Positions 51,057 through 62,607 are shown, counted from the stretch's first letter. The stretch: DNA of 64,000 nucleotides from an uncultured Chloroflexia bacterium (GCA_963797095.1 CAWCNY010000005.1:608001-672000); one strand, 5' to 3'. Program-made: numbers and translations. Notes: generated by a model not told the origin, from the sequence alone.

Positions 51057-51947
51057 TTAGAGGTTGGGTAGGAGTTTGAGGGGGATGTAGAGGGCTAAGG
51101 CGATGAGGATGGGGTCGTGGCTTAGTTCTACGAGGGTGCGGGCCAGGTTTAGGCCGGGGGCGGTGGAGGCGCGGGAACCTGAGGCGGCAGAGACTAGAGG
51201 GCGGGTGAGGAGGCCGATCAGGAGGGCTGTGCCTATCAGAAGGGCGACCAGGAGGCCGAAGATTACGCGCCACAAAGGTTCGGTGTCGGCGTTGAACATG
51301 GTGAAGGAGAAGAGCACCACGGCTAGGGCTGTTGCGAGGATGAGAGCGATCAGATTGGCGGCGGTGATGTTGGTGCGGCGGCCCAATCGCCTGGTGGCGA
51401 GGGAGAGGGCTTCGAAGACGAGGGGCGGGAGGAGGACCAGGAGGATGAGGGGAGCGAGCCTGTTGGCGAAACTGTTGGCTACGAGCCACATGGCCTGCAC
51501 ACCAACGGAGGAGTAGAGGGCCACGCCCATGACGAGCGCCCAGTCGCGGAGGGCGCGGGGAAGGTCGTGGCGGGGGAGTTGGGCGGCGAGGGTGAGGGCG
51601 GTGACAGGGCCGAGGGCTTCGACGGTGCGTTCAGGACCGATCAGGAGGCCGGGGAGGGTGAGCGCTCCATAGGTGGCGACGGTGAGAAGGGACCAGACCA
51701 GGCGATTACGCCGGGAGCCTTCGAAGAGGTTGTGGGAGGCGAACCCGGAGAGGAGGAAGCCCCAAAGAAGAAGGGTGGCGGGGACGGGGTTGAGGAAACC
51801 CCAGGCTACAAACCAGGAAAGAGGGTTGCCAACGGACATGAGGAGCACGATGGCAACCACAAGGAGGATTTTCCAGGTGAGGGTGATCCAGGTTGCGCGG
51901 GGCGCGGGCGCGCCGCCCATTCTGGCTCTACCGGCGGAGGCATCCAT
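51057..51947 (-). CDS. polytopic membrane protein in the cdsA position, lacking CTP-transferase motifs
   Basis: Between uppS and dxr; 296 aa with ~8 TMs; no SPxKTxEG and no KR..KD..PGHGG.LDR.D. Confidence 0.7.
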   Translation of the reverse strand: MDASAGRARMGGAPAPRATWITLTWKILLVVAIVLLMSVGNPLSWFVAWGFLNPVPATLLLWGFLLSGFASHNLFEGSRRNRLVWSLLTVATYGALTLPGLLIGPERTVEALGPVTALTLAAQLPRHDLPRALRDWALVMGVALYSSVGVQAMWLVANSFANRLAPLILLVLLPPLVFEALSLATRRLGRRTNITAANLIALILATALAVVLFSFTMFNADTEPLWRVIFGLLVALLIGTALLIGLLTRPLVSAASGSRASTAPGLNLARTLVELSHDPILIALALYIPLKLLPNL

Positions 51948-51956
51948 TCGGGACGC

Positions 51957-52784
51957 CTACTTCACGGTAGCGGGATCGAAGGAGACAGAGGCGGCCTGGG
52001 CAGAGATGGCGTCGTTCCCGTTGTACTCATGTATCTCTTCGGGAAGGATGCCGCCAAACTTGCGGTTGCGCCTGCCGTACTCGGCTATGGCCTCTCGGAA
52101 GGAGTCTTTGTCGAAATCGGGCCAGCAGGTGGGGGTTGAGTAGAACTCGGAATAGGAGGCCTGCCAGACGAGGAAATTGCTGAGACGCATCTCGCCGGCT
52201 GTGCGGATGATGAGGTCGGGGTCGGGGATCTCGCGGGTGTAGAGGTGGCTGGAAATGGCCTCTTCGGTGATGTCTTCAGGCTTGACGCCCTCGGCCACGA
52301 GATCGCGGACGGCGCGCACGATGTCATCGCGACCGCCATAGTTGAAGCAGACGCTGAGGATCAGGCGGTTGTTGTGCCTGGTGGTTTCGAGCGCGTAGGC
52401 TATGGCCTTCTGCAAGGAGGGGGGCACGTTTTCCATGTGGCCCAGGTGGCGGATCTGGACGCCCTCGCGGGACAATTCGGGAGTCTCTTTGTGGATCACC
52501 TCGGCCAGGATGCGCATGAGGCCCTGCACCTCACCGCTCGGCCTGTTCCAGTTTTCGGTGGAGAAGGCGTAGACGGTCAGGTATTTGACATCGTTCTCGA
52601 CGCAGGCATGGACTATGCGGCGAATGTTCTCGGTGCCTGCGCGGTGCCCGGCCAGGCGTGGGAGACCGCGCCTGCGCGCCCATCTGCCGTTGCCGTCCAT
52701 AATGATGGCGACGTGCTGCGGCCGAGGATCCAGATGATTTTGGATTTTGGATTTTGGATTTTGGATTTTGGAGATATCGGACAT
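51957..52784 (-). CDS. uppS: undecaprenyl diphosphate synthase
   Basis: HVAIIMDGNGRWA, AFSTENWNRP, NYGGR, IRTAGEMRLSNF. Confidence 0.97.
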   Translation of the reverse strand: MSDISKIQNPKSKIQNHLDPRPQHVAIIMDGNGRWARRRGLPRLAGHRAGTENIRRIVHACVENDVKYLTVYAFSTENWNRPSGEVQGLMRILAEVIHKETPELSREGVQIRHLGHMENVPPSLQKAIAYALETTRHNNRLILSVCFNYGGRDDIVRAVRDLVAEGVKPEDITEEAISSHLYTREIPDPDLIIRTAGEMRLSNFLVWQASYSEFYSTPTCWPDFDKDSFREAIAEYGRRNRKFGGILPEEIHEYNGNDAISAQAASVSFDPATVK

Positions 52785-52949
52785 GGGTCGTTCTACTTTT
52801 GCTCCAAGTTTAGCCTGCCAGAGGATTATATGCGCGTGTCTCTACTGAGATCAACGACTTGAGTGCTTAAAGATTACTCTCTCTACAATTTACGCGGGAG
52901 TTGCCAAAATGGGCGCGTCCGGGAAGACCCAAACCGAAATCCGAAATCG

Positions 52950-53507
52950 CTAGACTTCCATTACCTCGTCTTCTTTGGTCTGACCGACCACCTCGGCTTC
53001 GCGGGTGTAGGTATGCACGAGGGTTTCGAGGCGGTCGTTGGCGCGCTTGTGCTCGTCCTCGGAGATCATCTTTTCGTTCTCCATCTCCTTAAGGTCCTGC
53101 ATGACATCGCGCCTGATGTTGCGGATGGAGACGCGGCCTTCCTCGACCTTGTGCCGGACGGATTTGACCATATCGCGCCTGCGCTCTTCGGTGAGGGCGG
53201 GGATGGGGATGCGGATCAGCCTGCCGTCGTTGGCCGGGTTGAAGCCCTGCTCGGACTTCTGGAGGGCCTTTTCGATTGCGGCCATTGAGCTTTTGTCGTA
53301 TGGCTGCACGACGAGAAGGCGAGGCTCAGGCGCGTTGATCTGGGCTAGCTGGTTTAGGGGAGTGGGAGTGCCGTAGTACTCGACCATGAGACGCTCAACG
53401 AGAGCGGGGGTGGCGCGCCCTGTGCGCACCGATTGCATATCGCGCTTGAGGGCCTCGATGGCCTTTTTCATACGGTCTTCAGCGTCTTTCAATAAGTCAT
53501 CAATCAT
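52950..53507 (-). CDS. frr: ribosome recycling factor
   Basis: RTGRA, YYGTPTPLNQLA, PALTEERR, IRNIRRD. Confidence 0.98.
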   Translation of the reverse strand: MIDDLLKDAEDRMKKAIEALKRDMQSVRTGRATPALVERLMVEYYGTPTPLNQLAQINAPEPRLLVVQPYDKSSMAAIEKALQKSEQGFNPANDGRLIRIPIPALTEERRRDMVKSVRHKVEEGRVSIRNIRRDVMQDLKEMENEKMISEDEHKRANDRLETLVHTYTREAEVVGQTKEDEVMEV

Positions 53508-53534
53508 TCTTTACCCCGTTGTAATTCTAATTGC

Positions 53535-55048
<1,514 letters not shown>

Positions 55049-55090
55049 GTTTGTTGTTCCTCCTGGGATAATAAAATGCCGGTAGTCAAG

Positions 55091-55147
55091 TGTCGGTAGT
55101 CAGTTGCGGAAGATCCGCTACCGACTACTGGCAACTGACTACCGACA
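55091..55147 (-). terminator. 17-bp perfect inverted repeat between rpsB and tsf
   Basis: TGTCGGTAGTCAGTTGC / GCAACTGACTACCGACA. Confidence 0.6.
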
Positions 55148-55159
55148 ACTTGTGTTTTT

Positions 55160-56161
55160 CTATGCTTCTTCGTCGTCGGGCGAGAAGCTGTACTCACCCG
55201 GCTCGACTGTGTAATCGAAATCTTGCTCGGCGCGCATGGTCTCGCGGCGCTGTTGGCCTTCGATGGCGGCGTCCGCAATCTTGGCGGTGATTACACGGAC
55301 GGCCCTGATGGCGTCGTCGTTGGAGGGGATCACATAATCCACCTCGTCGGGATCGCAGTTGGTGTCGACCATAGCGACGACTATTATGCCAAGCTTGATG
55401 GCCTCTGTGATGGCAATGCGCTCGCGATGAGGGTCGACTATGAAGACGGCGCTCGGCAGGTCGCGCATGTTTTTGATGCCGCCCAGCAGGTTGTTGAGGC
55501 GCACGATCTGCTCTTCGAGCTTGCTGGCCTCGGCCTTCGGTAGGTCGTTGAACTCGCCACGCTCGCGGCGGAACTCGAGGTCCTGTAGGTAGCGAAGGCG
55601 CTCGCGGATGGTGCGGAAGTTGGTGAGCATACCGCCCATCCAGCGTTTGTTGACAAAGAGTTGCCCTGCGCGCTCGGATTCTTCCTGGATGGCTTCCTGG
55701 GCCTGCTTCTTGGTGCCGATGAAGAGAATTCTGTCGCCGCGCGCCACAAGGTCGCTCACGAAGTTCATGGCTGCCTGCAAGCCGGTGACGGTCTGCTGTA
55801 GGTCGATGATGTGGATGCCGTTGCGCTCGGTGAAGATGTAGGGCTTCATCTTGGGGTTCCAGCGCTTGGTCTGGTGCCCGAAGTGTACGCCCGCTTCGAG
55901 GAGGGCCTTCATGCTGATGCCGGTGGAAGCTGAGCCGGCGCTCACGTTGCCGTCGGCTGAGCCGTTCGCCGAGCGCTGTGGCCTGGCGGGTGCTTCGACC
56001 GGTGCTGTTTCGACCGGTGCTGTTTCGACCGGTGCTGTTTCGACCGGTGCTGTTTCGACCGGTGCGGCTTCCGCCACTGGAGCCTGGGCGACAGGAGCCT
56101 CGACGGCGGTGGGCTGTTCTGTATCTACCTGCTGTTCGATGTCACTATCCATAGTTACCAA
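55160..56161 (-). CDS. rpsB: 30S ribosomal protein S2 with ~80-aa N-terminal extension
   Basis: [36 protein letters not shown]; CGGAGG RBS 5 nt before TTG 56161. Confidence 0.96.
   Translation of the reverse strand: MVTMDSDIEQQVDTEQPTAVEAPVAQAPVAEAAPVETAPVETAPVETAPVETAPVEAPARPQRSANGSADGNVSAGSASTGISMKALLEAGVHFGHQTKRWNPKMKPYIFTERNGIHIIDLQQTVTGLQAAMNFVSDLVARGDRILFIGTKKQAQEAIQEESERAGQLFVNKRWMGGMLTNFRTIRERLRYLQDLEFRRERGEFNDLPKAEASKLEEQIVRLNNLLGGIKNMRDLPSAVFIVDPHRERIAITEAIKLGIIVVAMVDTNCDPDEVDYVIPSNDDAIRAVRVITAKIADAAIEGQQRRETMRAEQDFDYTVEPGEYSFSPDDEEA
55994..56065. repeat. 15-bp tandem repeat x4.8 in rpsB (encodes APVET)
   Basis: TTCGACCGGTGCTGT units. Confidence 0.95.
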
Positions 56162-56164
56162 AGT

Positions 56165-56255
56165 TTCCTCCGTTTGTTATGCGTCCGCTGCTTTCATCCC
56201 TCAGGCCACGTACCACGGTGGTACGCACAGGCCATCAAGTCCGGCAGCGTGCTTG
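56165..56255 (-). ncRNA. rpsB leader (S2 autoregulatory, t44-like)
   Basis: GCTGC..GCAGC and GGCC..GTACCA/TGGTAC..GGCC stems, then GCATAAC..CGGAGG directly before rpsB. Confidence 0.55.
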
Positions 56256-56320
56256 ATTTGGATTTGCAGCGCTCTCTAAGTAGCTTCATAAAAGTGGCTT
56301 CGTAGAGAATGCCAACAGCC

Positions 56321-56350
56321 ATTATACCACAGGTGGGCGTTGGTCGGCAA
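56321..56350 (-). promoter_or_regulatory. rpsB promoter TTGCCG-N18-TATAAT with extended -10
   Basis: Reverse complement reads TGTGGTATAAT. Confidence 0.65.
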
Positions 56351-56400
56351 ATTCGGTGGGGCGCGCAACAGTTCAGAGTTAGAGTAGAGAAGATACCGGA

Positions 56401-56476
56401 GTAGGGCACCCCTTGTGAGTGCCTGTTTGCGTGCCTAGATCGCTCCCCACTAGGGCATCCATAAAGGGTGCCCCTA
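56401..56476. repeat. paired REP-like palindromes
   Basis: GTAGGGCACCCCTTGTGAGTGCC ... TAGGGCATCCATAAAGGGTGCCCCTAC. Confidence 0.7.
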
Positions 56477-56645
56477 CTCTTCTTACCCCAAATCTGAACG
56501 CTTACTGGGGCGTGTTATATTATGGGAGTTCTGCCAGCGTTAGCCTTTGTGACGAGTGGACGGGGGATGAGGTAGAGAATAGATACGGACTGTGGTTATT
56601 CGGTGGTTAGTTTGAAGTGGAAGTTAAAGAACAGAGGAGTTGAAG

Positions 56646-57224
56646 GTGAAGAGTGTCAATCCGATTGTCATTGTGGAGTATCGACCGGAATGGGGGGAGG
56701 AGTTCGCGAGGATAGACGCACCTGTGCGGGAGGCGCTTGGGGAGATGGGGCTGAGGGTGGACCACATAGGCTCGACGGCGGTGCCGGGCCTGGCGGCCAA
56801 GGATATTATTGATGTGCAGGTGACAGTGGGTGATTTCACGCCTGAAATGGATGAGGCCTTTCAGCGTGCGGGCTATGGTCGCCTGGAGTATACACAGGAC
56901 CACCGGCCACCCAATGCGACGGGATCGAACCGCGATTGGGAGAAGCGGATGTACCGGCCTACCGGCGCCGGGAGACCGATCAATTTGCACGTGCGCCGAG
57001 CGGGGAGCGCGAATGGGCGCTACGCCCTGCTGTTTCGCGATTATTTGCGGGCGCACCCTATGGCGGCAGCGGCTTACGGACAGGTAAAGATGGCGCTGGC
57101 AGAGCACGGGCCTACCGATTGGGACCTCTATTACGATGTAAAGGACCCGGTGTGCGACATTATTATGGCGGGGGCGGAAGACTGGGCGGCGGCGACACTG
57201 TGGGGTATCGAGTATTACTCTTGA
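56646..57224 (+). CDS. GrpB/UPF0157 nucleotidyltransferase-fold protein
   Basis: DHIGSTAVPGLAAKDIIDVQ, NLHVR, LLFRDYLRAHP. Confidence 0.88.
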   Translation: MKSVNPIVIVEYRPEWGEEFARIDAPVREALGEMGLRVDHIGSTAVPGLAAKDIIDVQVTVGDFTPEMDEAFQRAGYGRLEYTQDHRPPNATGSNRDWEKRMYRPTGAGRPINLHVRRAGSANGRYALLFRDYLRAHPMAAAAYGQVKMALAEHGPTDWDLYYDVKDPVCDIIMAGAEDWAAATLWGIEYYS

Positions 57225-58468
57225 AAGGCGGGCCGCCAGGCTTCCGGTATTGTTTCTCCGTAGTCTATTTCTATTGCGCCGAGGAAGGTGGCTAGGTCTT
57301 GGATAGCGTTAGCGATGGCTTTGCCCGTGGGGAGGTCTAGTGGTGCGTTCGGCTCGGCGTAGATGTTGTTGATGTTGAGGCGTTTGGTTTTGCGGTCCAT
57401 TAAAGGGTCGATGCGACCTATGAGGCGGTCGTTGTGGAGGATGGGAAGGACATAATAGCCGTATTTGCGCTTGTCTTTGGGGACATAGATCTCGATACGG
57501 TACTCGAAGTTCCAGAGTAGCTCGGTGCGGGCGCGGTCGCAAATGAGGTTGTCGAAGGGGGAGAGGAGGGTGGTGCGGCCCTCCCATTCGCCGCGCTTGA
57601 TTTGTTCGAGGAGGGGGAGGTCTTCGCTGTGGACGTACCAGGGGCCTGCCCACTTCTTGCCTTGCGCGCCCTCTCCGGTGATGTCAACCCGGTGAATGAG
57701 GCCATCTTTCTCCAATTCGGTAAGGACATGGGGGAGGTCCCAGTAGCGGTTGCGGGTGAAGTGCTGGAGGATATCGCGTTTGCGGGCGACTCCGAGGGCG
57801 CGGATGGCACGCTGAGCGGAGCGGGATACCGCTTCGTGGCGGGATAGCTCTTCGCGGGGGGTCCAGTCGGGGAGGACACGCTCGGTGAGGTCCCAGTAGC
57901 GAAGCTGGCTGCGGCGCTCGGCTACCATGATGATGCCCTGCACCCAGAGGAAATCGAGCATACGGTTGATGTTGCGGTCGTTGGTCCAACCACTGGACCA
58001 CCAACTGACGGTGGCTTTTTCCTCGAAGTCTTTGGAGGAGAGGGGACCACGCTCTTGAAGGGAAGACATGACGGCATCGAGAAGGGGCTGGTTGTCTTTC
58101 ATCCATTTACGGATGGAGACGGACCATCCCTGTTCGGCGGTTTGGTGATGGCGCATCTGGAAGCTATGAATGGGGTAGTCTTCGGTGGTGACGATGGCGG
58201 CGGCGTGGGCGAAGTATTCGAAGGTGGAGCGGTCTTGCCAGAGGAGTTGGTCCCAGATGGCGGGGTCGTAGGTGCCGAGTTGGCTCCAGGGCACCAGGAG
58301 GTTGGTGCGGGCTACAGCACTGATGGGATCTAGCTGGACGCATCCGAGGTCGCGGACGAGGTCGAGGAGACCTTCGGCGGTGGGTGCAGGGCGGGAACCT
58401 GCGAGGCGCTGGCGGGTGACGGCGAGGCGGCGAGCGGTGGTGGGGGTGATGGGAAGGGGCTTGTTCAT
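57215..58468 (-). CDS. YcaQ/AlkZ-family (HTH_42) crosslink-repair DNA glycosylase
   Basis: VQLDPISAVAR (QxD), FEYFAH, LLSPFDNLI, YRIEIYVP..KRKYGYYVLP. Confidence 0.9.
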   Translation of the reverse strand: MNKPLPITPTTARRLAVTRQRLAGSRPAPTAEGLLDLVRDLGCVQLDPISAVARTNLLVPWSQLGTYDPAIWDQLLWQDRSTFEYFAHAAAIVTTEDYPIHSFQMRHHQTAEQGWSVSIRKWMKDNQPLLDAVMSSLQERGPLSSKDFEEKATVSWWSSGWTNDRNINRMLDFLWVQGIIMVAERRSQLRYWDLTERVLPDWTPREELSRHEAVSRSAQRAIRALGVARKRDILQHFTRNRYWDLPHVLTELEKDGLIHRVDITGEGAQGKKWAGPWYVHSEDLPLLEQIKRGEWEGRTTLLSPFDNLICDRARTELLWNFEYRIEIYVPKDKRKYGYYVLPILHNDRLIGRIDPLMDRKTKRLNINNIYAEPNAPLDLPTGKAIANAIQDLATFLGAIEIDYGETIPEAWRPAFQE

Positions 58469-58556
58469 GGGGAGATTATAGCATGTATGTTCTATCTTTT
58501 CTACGGCCAAATGGGCGTTGGTTCCAAAGTAAGCTGATCTAGCGGGGTAGGGTGGC

Positions 58557-60738
58557 TTAGCGGGCGCTTTGGCCTGAGGTGGTGCCTCTGTAGATTGTGT
58601 AGCGGGGTTGTTGTTCGGCTATTTTGTAGAGGGATTGGAGGGTTTGGGTGGTGGCGGGGGAGAGGCGGGCGAAGCCACGCTCGTGGACTACTATGAGGGA
58701 GACAAGGGTGGAGCGTTCGAGGAAGTCGGCCTGGGGGATGGGGCTTCGCATTACGGCATAGGGGTCGTCGCCGTGGTCGCCGCGCAGAGAGGAGTCGATG
58801 AGGTCGCCCCAATCGCGGGTGTCGAGGCTGAGGCCGAGGTAGATCATGTGGCCGTAGCTGTCGATCAGGTAGCCGGTGGAGGGGGAATAGCTGGGTGGAC
58901 GGGCTGAGAGTATGTTGAACTGCTCGTCGGAGGAGAGGACGGACGAGCCGGGAGGGACGGCGTCGTTGACGTAGCGGGCAACAATCTCGAAGATGTGGTC
59001 TTCGCAGTGGGGGCAGTCGCGGGTGGTCATGCCGGTCCATTGGAGAACGATGAGGGGTGAACCTACCAGGAGGAGAACCACGAGAGGGGTGAAGGTTGTT
59101 AGTAGGGAGGTGCGTCGGGCAGAAGCGGGAGGCCGAGGGTGAGCAGAGGTGCGGGACGTGAGGCGGCGGAGGAGTCCGGGGGTGAGGCTCAGGCCGGCAG
59201 CGAGGATGCAGAAGGGGGCGGCTAGCTGGATGTAGTAGTGCTGGTAGAAGGAGCGGCTGTAGGTGAAGAGGATGAGGCTGAAGAAGGCCCAGAAGATGGC
59301 GACGCGCCAGGGGCCGAGGGAGCCGCGCAGGTTGGCCCACACCCAACAAGAGAGGACTATGAAGCCGAGAGCGGCCAGGAGCGGGGTGAGGGCGTTGGCG
59401 AGGCTGGAGGTTAGGTCGCCTATGCGGGCGGGGGTATCGACCTCGCCGTCGCTGGGGCGGAGCATCTGGAAGAAGAAGACCATGCGGATGAACTGGGAGG
59501 GGGCGATGATGAGGAAGGGGCCGACGACGACCAGGAAGGAGGCTAGAGCGCCAAGGATGAGGGAGATGAACGAATTCTGGATTTTGGATTCTGGATCTTG
59601 GATCTTGGATTTGTTGGTGCCGAGTTCTGAGTTTGAAGTGGGGAGTGGGGGATCTGGGTCGTCTTGGGTAGGGGTTAGGGTGGAGGGTTGGATGGGGGTG
59701 GTGCGGCGGGTTTCTAGCCAGAGCCAGATCATGTCGGCTAGGATGGCGAGGAGGCAGGCCAGGCCAGCTATTTTGGTGAGGGCACTCAGGGCGGCCAGGA
59801 CGCCGACGAGGAAGAATCCGAGGCGCGGGGTGCGGAGTTTGGAGTGCGGAGTGCGGAGTGCGGAGTGCGGAGTGTTTATTCTGTTGTTTGTTAGGGTGGG
59901 GCGGACCAAGATGTAGAGGAGAACGGCGGCGCATGATAAGAGGACCAGGGGGCCTTCCAGCATTATCTTGCGGTTGATCTCTACTACTCTGCCGTCGATG
60001 GCCCAGAGGCCGCCTGCCAAGGCGCCGCCCCAGAGGCCTGCAAGGAGATAGCCTATGCCGAATAGTAGGGCCAGGGTTATCAGGCTGTAGGCGACGGAGA
60101 GGTAGCGCGCGATCATGAAGGAGGTGGGACTTCCCCATTCGGTGAAGTGGTAGGCCATGGCGGGAGCGTAGGCAATGGCGGCGATGGGAGGGTGGGCGAA
60201 GAAGTAGTCGCGATAGGGGAGGATGCCTTGCAGGAAAAGCTGGGAAGTGCCTGCATAGACGCCTTCATCGTCGTAGGGATAGCGGCTGATGCCGTAGTTC
60301 TGGGGCCATAGCTCGACCATGCGGCCAATGCCACCAATGAGGATCAGCACCAGGAGCAGGGCAAGCGGAATCCAGCGTGATAGGCGTGGGCGTGTGGCTG
60401 GTTGGAGTGGGTGTGGAGGTTGGTCGTCAGGGGTGGGGAGTTTGTTGGAGATGAAGCGGGTCGAGAGGAGGGCAGCGCCGAGGAGCCATGCGGCCCAGGC
60501 CAGCCAGGGGCGGGCGTCGTAGTGAGCTTCGAGGGGGGAGAGGATGCCGAGTTGGAGGGGGGCGTCCCAGGCGACGCTGCCACCGAGCCAGCCGGAGATG
60601 CCTTCAATAAGGAGGGACAGGAGGCGCAAGTTGATGGCGACGCCTAGAGCGCCATAGGCAATCAGGATCGCTGAGATGTAGGGGACGAAGCGGGCAAAGT
60701 AGCCTGTTAGGGGCAGGCTGTACTTCTGCGATTGCATG
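58557..60738 (-). CDS. ArnT/PMT-like GT-C glycosyltransferase
   Basis: YDDEGVY, PYRDYFFAHPP, ALTK, YQHYY; many TMs; two loops encoded by heptamer repeats. Confidence 0.78.
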
Positions 60739-60744
60739 GAGGGA

Positions 60745-60773
60745 TTGTCGCAGAAGCACAGCAAGCTGTCAAA
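60745..60773 (-). promoter_or_regulatory. leaderless promoter TTGACA-N17-GACAAT-N6-ATG
   Basis: Reverse-complement read; no SD before ATG 60738. Confidence 0.6.
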
Positions 60774-60778
60774 TGCGG

Positions 60779-61870
60779 TTATTTGGAGATGGTTACGCTG
60801 CCTAAGCCTGCGTGAACTGTGAGATCGAGTTTGTCAGTGGCATCGGAGTAGCCTCTTGTCACCCACTCGCCGTCACCCTGTTTGATGAAGCGATCATCTA
60901 CGGAGGAGTTGCCTATGCCGGTATTGAGGGAGAGGTGGGCTTGCACGCCATCGGGGATGTGAATTTCCAGATTGCCTATGCCGCCGTCAATAGTTGCAGA
61001 GAGGTTGCCTTGTGGGTGAGGAAATGTGACCGAGGTGTTGCCCGTACCGCTTTGGATAGCGAGATCGGTGAGGTTGAGATTGCCGAGATCGAGGGTGCCG
61101 TTGCCAACGCCAAGATCTGCGTGGAGGGAGGTCGGGAGGTCTGGGCTGAGGTGGATGTTCCAGTGAGGAGACTGGGCAGGGCGGAACCAGCCGAAATTGA
61201 ACCCGTGCTGGTCAAACTCGCTGAGCATAAGTGCAATCTGGTCGCCTTTTGTGTTGACATCGGCCTGAGGGGCATCGCTGTTGGCATAGTAATCGAGGGA
61301 ACCGGAAGCGAGGCTTTCATTGTTGGCGGAGCCATCAACGTTTAGGTCACCAAGACCGAAGTCGATCTCGACGCTGGCCGAGCGGGCGCTGTTGAGGGGG
61401 ATATTCAAATTGTAGGCTGTCAGGTCGCCACGAGTGGCGAAGCCTGCGTAGAGGATGATCGCGCCGCCCACGCCTAGCACGAGCAAGATGAGAAGGAGAG
61501 AGAGGAGGGGCCTGCGCCTGCCGATGATCAGGTCGAGGCCAACGGCGATGAGCGCGAGGGGCCACAAGCGCCAGAGGTCGGCCCAGATGCCCCAGGGAAG
61601 GATGTCGAGATTGTTGAGGAGCAAGACGACGCCCGCAGCGATCAGGATTACGGGTCCGGCCATTGGGGTGCCCATATGGCGTCGCGGAGGCACGGGCTGC
61701 ACATAAGAGGGTTGGGGCGGTGGCAGGGGTTGCGCTCCCTGCGGTTGGTAGGGAGGGATGGGAGGTGGATAATTACCTGTAGGCTGGGTCGGTGCGCCCG
61801 TGGGGTTGTAATCGTTTCGGCGGGCGGACTCCGGCGCGTCGGAAGGTTGGTTTGATGGGGCCTCGTTCAT
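60779..61870 (-). CDS. LiaF/LiaI-like (DUF5668) membrane protein with beta-repeat domain
   Basis: LLLNNL..WRLWPLALIAVGLDL; repeated GxG beta strands. Confidence 0.75.
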   Translation of the reverse strand: MNEAPSNQPSDAPESARRNDYNPTGAPTQPTGNYPPPIPPYQPQGAQPLPPPQPSYVQPVPPRRHMGTPMAGPVILIAAGVVLLLNNLDILPWGIWADLWRLWPLALIAVGLDLIIGRRRPLLSLLLILLVLGVGGAIILYAGFATRGDLTAYNLNIPLNSARSASVEIDFGLGDLNVDGSANNESLASGSLDYYANSDAPQADVNTKGDQIALMLSEFDQHGFNFGWFRPAQSPHWNIHLSPDLPTSLHADLGVGNGTLDLGNLNLTDLAIQSGTGNTSVTFPHPQGNLSATIDGGIGNLEIHIPDGVQAHLSLNTGIGNSSVDDRFIKQGDGEWVTRGYSDATDKLDLTVHAGLGSVTISK

Positions 61871-61933
61871 AGGTTTGCCTCTACCTAATGAATAAGGGCG
61901 AGACACGCTCGCCCCTACCACTACAATATCATA

Positions 61934-62491
61934 TTACGCTCTGCGGCGGGTGAGCAAGAGCACGCCCAGGCCGATCAAGAGGAGAGGCCACCAGGCCCAG
62001 ACGAGCCAATGGAATACGCCGATCTTCGATAGCAAGAAGAAGCCGCCAACACAGATCAAGATGAGGGGAAGTATCCCGTACCTGGCACTGGACCCTGAGT
62101 AGGGATGTGCGCTGGGGCCACCGTTGGTGACAGGTCCACCGTTAGGGCCACCGTTGGGAGCGCCGTTCGTGGTGGGAGTGGGATTGCCGTTGGTGGGGGT
62201 CGCTCCACCGTTGCCGCCGTAGCCGCCGAAAGTGCCGCGCACTCGCGCACCCATATCATCGAGGTTCTCGCGGACTACATCGCCGGCGCTGGAAGCCGTG
62301 CTGCCGGCGGTGGGGATCAAGAGCCACATGGCGAGATAGGCAAGAATGAAGCCGCCACCTGTGAAGAGGGTCAGGAGCACGAATACGATCCTGATGATGG
62401 TGGGGTCGATCTTGAAATAGTTGCCAAGCCCGGAAGCCACTCCGCCAAATATGGCCTCACTGGTGCTTCGATAGAGCTTATTGCCGTTCAT
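61934..62491 (-). CDS. PspC-domain protein with DUF5668-like C-terminus
   Basis: KLYRS...GGVASGLGNYFKIDPTIIR; WWPLLLIGLG. Confidence 0.88.
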   Translation of the reverse strand: MNGNKLYRSTSEAIFGGVASGLGNYFKIDPTIIRIVFVLLTLFTGGGFILAYLAMWLLIPTAGSTASSAGDVVRENLDDMGARVRGTFGGYGGNGGATPTNGNPTPTTNGAPNGGPNGGPVTNGGPSAHPYSGSSARYGILPLILICVGGFFLLSKIGVFHWLVWAWWPLLLIGLGVLLLTRRRA

Positions 62492-62607
62492 CTAATAACT
62501 CCTCCTGAATGTCGCTCACGTGATACGTGATTTCTTGTTGCCCTGGTAAGCGGGAGCCAGGTCTTGTGTTTCGTTCCTCAGTCCTCAAGCCTCAAATGCC
62601 TGTTGGT

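Noticed and set aside
51057-51947. Calling this gene cdsA
   Set aside because: The position fits but the catalytic signature is absent.
58501-60138. 545-aa Pro/Arg-rich ORF (and similar ORFs at 50335-51489, 46981-47886 and 29903-30955)
   Set aside because: Alternate-frame or antisense products of high GC and skew over real genes.
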